Source: Oligoflexus sp.
GTDB lineage: Bacteria; Bdellovibrionota_B; Oligoflexia; Oligoflexales; Oligoflexaceae
Assembly (NCBI GenBank): GCA_041736305.1
Contig: JBGSTX010000295.1
Location: forward strand, 1 to 16,716
Direction of reading: 5' to 3'
DNA length: 16,716 nucleotides
The position numbers and the translations under genes are program-made. A model generated the notes under the pieces. The model did not search any database and was not told where the DNA came from. It was given only the letters and a program-made list of their open reading frames with translations. Each line of letters starts with the position of its first letter. Position 1 is the stretch's first letter. This document shows positions 14,411-16,716 of this stretch, piece by piece.

Positions 14411-16006
14411 TTGTCGCTTCACTTAGGGTTCCTTCGCTCTCTCCGAGCCACAAGCTACGGAGCCTGCTTTATCATCGGGCTCTGGCAAGGAGCCGTGCTC
14501 GAGGCGAAAGAACTTCCGCCGGCGAATGGTATCGCCTGCGATGCCGCAAGCTGGGCGCTCTATATTGCCAAGGCCCAGAGTTTGGCTAGCGAAACCGAAA
14601 GCATGGGCCGCACGATTATCACTTGCCCAAGCGGAGACTACCGTCAGGCCGGTCTTTACTGGTTGGCTTTTTACCTGCATATGACACAGCAAAACGCTGC
14701 TTTCAGTCAGACTTTCAAGCTTCTGCCAGCACCTACAGGCTCTGACAAGAATATGGTGCGCTATCGGGCATGGAATGGCGACACAGAGACTTTGAAAAGC
14801 AAAGTTCAGAATAGCGAAAAAGGCTATTTCGATGACCCCGAGATGACATTGGCCCTAGCGAGAGCTTCAATGCGAGCTGGGCTTTATAAAGATGGTCTTC
14901 AAAACTTTGAAATATACTTAAAACAAAGAGAGAGCGACGAAGCTGTCGAGGCTGAGCGACTCTTTGCCTATCTCTGGGCTGGAGACAAACAGGCGGCGCG
15001 CCTGCAAATCGGTTCCATGCGACGCTATGCCGTTAGCCCTTATCTGCGCCAGTCGCTTGATCGAGCCGAAGCCCTGCTAGGGCCAGAGGACGTCATCGCT
15101 TCGAGCGAATGGCTCGGCAGCAAGGGTACCTGGTTGCGAATCAGCGGCAACGAATATAGCGACAACCGAGGTTTTGAACGCCGAGGAATCGGACTTGCAT
15201 ACAATGGACCCGTGGAAATCGGCGTCGATGCCTTTGAATCGAGGCACCCCCTCGACCCCGAAACTGAAAATCAAGCCTCCCTAAACCTTGGCAAGACTTT
15301 GAGCGGCAGCTCTTGGAAAGCAGGAGCACGCGTCGGCTACTTTACAGTCGGCCCTCAAAATTTCACGGGCCGCCTCCAAGCCGAATGGTTGCCTTTGGAT
15401 TCTCTACTCGTCGGAGTTGCCGCCCAACGCGAAGCAATAGCGGTCCTTGATCGGCCACTGGTCGGTGCGAGGCGCGGGGTCATGCGTGACACAGGAGAGT
15501 TTCTCTTAGGTGGTTTTCGCCGCAGAATAAGCTTCAAGGCAGCTTTCAACCGAGACGATGAAAAGGCATTTTTCGAGCTTTACGAAGCTGAGCTGCGCAT
15601 AGGTGCCTTGTTAAATCGGGAGACTGATCTGGGCTTTGGATTTTTCATCCCCATTTCCTATCAGCATCGCCCGCTTCCCAGCCAAGATTTAGTGACTTTT
15701 CCGAAAGAGGCCCGGACTGGCCTCGGCTTGCGCTTGGCGCTTGGTGATGGCGCTACCCTGCGGGTTGGCACGGAAGCTCTGATCGAAACCGTGTTCCGCA
15801 GCTACTTCATCGAGCCTGACGATTTCGAACAGCTGCTGTCAGCGCGTGTTCGCAGCGATATTCGTTACTATACGAGCTCGTCCTTTTGCTACTTTCTCAA
15901 CGCTGAACTGAAGCTCACCGAGCGCAATCCATTCGAAAATGAGAACGAGAGAAAGACCGCATTCACCATCGGTATTGCTCTCCGCGATACAGAGCAACAG
16001 AAATAG
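14411..16006 (+). CDS. Secreted TPR-containing outer-membrane beta-barrel protein (probable polysaccharide export porin)
   Basis: GAGGAGG RBS then in-frame TTG at 14411; signal peptide ending VLEA; helical TPR-like N-half (LALARASMRAGLYKDGLQNFEIYL); C-half of alternating-hydrophobic beta strands; directly upstream of an OPX gene. Confidence 0.6.
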   Translation: MSLHLGFLRSLRATSYGACFIIGLWQGAVLEAKELPPANGIACDAASWALYIAKAQSLASETESMGRTIITCPSGDYRQAGLYWLAFYLHMTQQNAAFSQTFKLLPAPTGSDKNMVRYRAWNGDTETLKSKVQNSEKGYFDDPEMTLALARASMRAGLYKDGLQNFEIYLKQRESDEAVEAERLFAYLWAGDKQAARLQIGSMRRYAVSPYLRQSLDRAEALLGPEDVIASSEWLGSKGTWLRISGNEYSDNRGFERRGIGLAYNGPVEIGVDAFESRHPLDPETENQASLNLGKTLSGSSWKAGARVGYFTVGPQNFTGRLQAEWLPLDSLLVGVAAQREAIAVLDRPLVGARRGVMRDTGEFLLGGFRRRISFKAAFNRDDEKAFFELYEAELRIGALLNRETDLGFGFFIPISYQHRPLPSQDLVTFPKEARTGLGLRLALGDGATLRVGTEALIETVFRSYFIEPDDFEQLLSARVRSDIRYYTSSSFCYFLNAELKLTERNPFENENERKTAFTIGIALRDTEQQK

Positions 16007-16026
16007 GTGAGGAGTAGAAAAAAGGC

Positions 16027-16629
16027 ATGAGCTGCAAATCGACCAGTCTCGTTCTGCTGCTGAGCTCAGCGATCACTTCCTGCAGCTACAAGATTCCAGC
16101 CGAAGACATCGCCCAGCTCCAAGCGGGAAAGACCTTCAACCGGCAGGGTAGCTTCCTCATCGGCGCAGGCGATGAGATCGACATTTTCGTCTTCGGCGAG
16201 GAAAAGCTCAGCGGACGTTTCACCGTCTCGCCAACAGGCGTGCTGGCCTTTCCCTTGCTAGCCCCTATTGCTGTCACTGGGATGACGACCGCGCAGCTGA
16301 CCAAGCGGCTCGAAACAGGGCTCGACTCCATAGTCAAAAATCCGCGCGTAGTCTGTTCACTCCTCGGCATCCGTAGCTTTCAGGTCTACTTTGGAGGAGA
16401 AGTGAAGCGCGTCGGTGCCGTGCCCCTGACGAGCGAGACGACGTTCCTCCAGGCTCTGACGCTGGCGGGAGGCATTACTGAATTTGCTAGCGGACGCATC
16501 GTCCTGGTCCGACAACTCGGCAACAATAAGGTCCGGCGCTTCGCGATTCGCTACGATGATATTCTGAGCGGCGAACGCTATGTCGACACTATTTCACTCG
16601 AAAGCGGCGATGTGATATTTGCTGAGTAA
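16027..16629 (+). CDS. wza: Polysaccharide export protein OPX/Wza family lipoprotein (short, Poly_export + one SLBB)
   Basis: GAGGAG RBS; lipobox AITSC; IGAGDEIDIFVFGEEKLSGRFTVSPTG..FPL..GMT Poly_export motif; GEVKRVG..QALTLAGG SLBB; ends LESGDVIFAE. Confidence 0.9.
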   Translation: MSCKSTSLVLLLSSAITSCSYKIPAEDIAQLQAGKTFNRQGSFLIGAGDEIDIFVFGEEKLSGRFTVSPTGVLAFPLLAPIAVTGMTTAQLTKRLETGLDSIVKNPRVVCSLLGIRSFQVYFGGEVKRVGAVPLTSETTFLQALTLAGGITEFASGRIVLVRQLGNNKVRRFAIRYDDILSGERYVDTISLESGDVIFAE

Positions 16630-16657
16630 ACGCCCTCTGCGAAAGAAAGAGTCCAGC

Positions 16658-16716
16658 ATGAATCAGCCCCTTCCCCCTCAGCAGGGGACCGATCAGGGCC
16701 ATTGGCGGTCCCTCCG
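16658..16716 (+). CDS. Start of next ORF (truncated by window edge); unidentifiable, Wzc-like only by context
   Basis: ATG 28 nt after the OPX stop, purine-rich upstream, open to the end (MNQPLPPQQGTDQGHWRSL). Confidence 0.35.
   Translation, partial: MNQPLPPQQGTDQGHWRSL

Noticed and set aside
1-16716. CRISPR array, tRNA/rRNA, transposase/integrase, defence genes
   Set aside because: No regularly spaced repeats, cloverleafs or relevant protein motifs were seen; intergenic gaps are short and explained by promoters and terminators.

Overview
This window looks like chromosomal DNA from a Gram-negative bacterium; gene content and style suggest Bdellovibrionota/Oligoflexia or another deltaproteobacteria-like lineage (inference). 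The left half is housekeeping: the 3' part of a fused secDF, a small Cys-containing hypothetical gene, then folC, an enlarged lptD and speD. The middle is a minus-strand, translationally coupled signalling operon. It encodes a sigma54 enhancer-binding response regulator, a 104-aa protein with an H-box-like motif, and a hybrid histidine kinase whose sensor looks like a cytoplasmic family-5 solute-binding domain. Divergent from this operon is a 59-aa basic ORF missed by the ORF track, with a sigma54-like promoter, strong RBS and intrinsic terminator. A lipoprotein gene with its own sigma54 promoter converges on the same terminator. This module is the best candidate for an undescribed system. The right end is the start of a polysaccharide export locus: a catalytically degenerate CE4/NodB-fold lipoprotein, a TPR + beta-barrel protein and a short OPX/Wza lipoprotein. 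No rRNA, tRNA, CRISPR array or mobile element was recognised.
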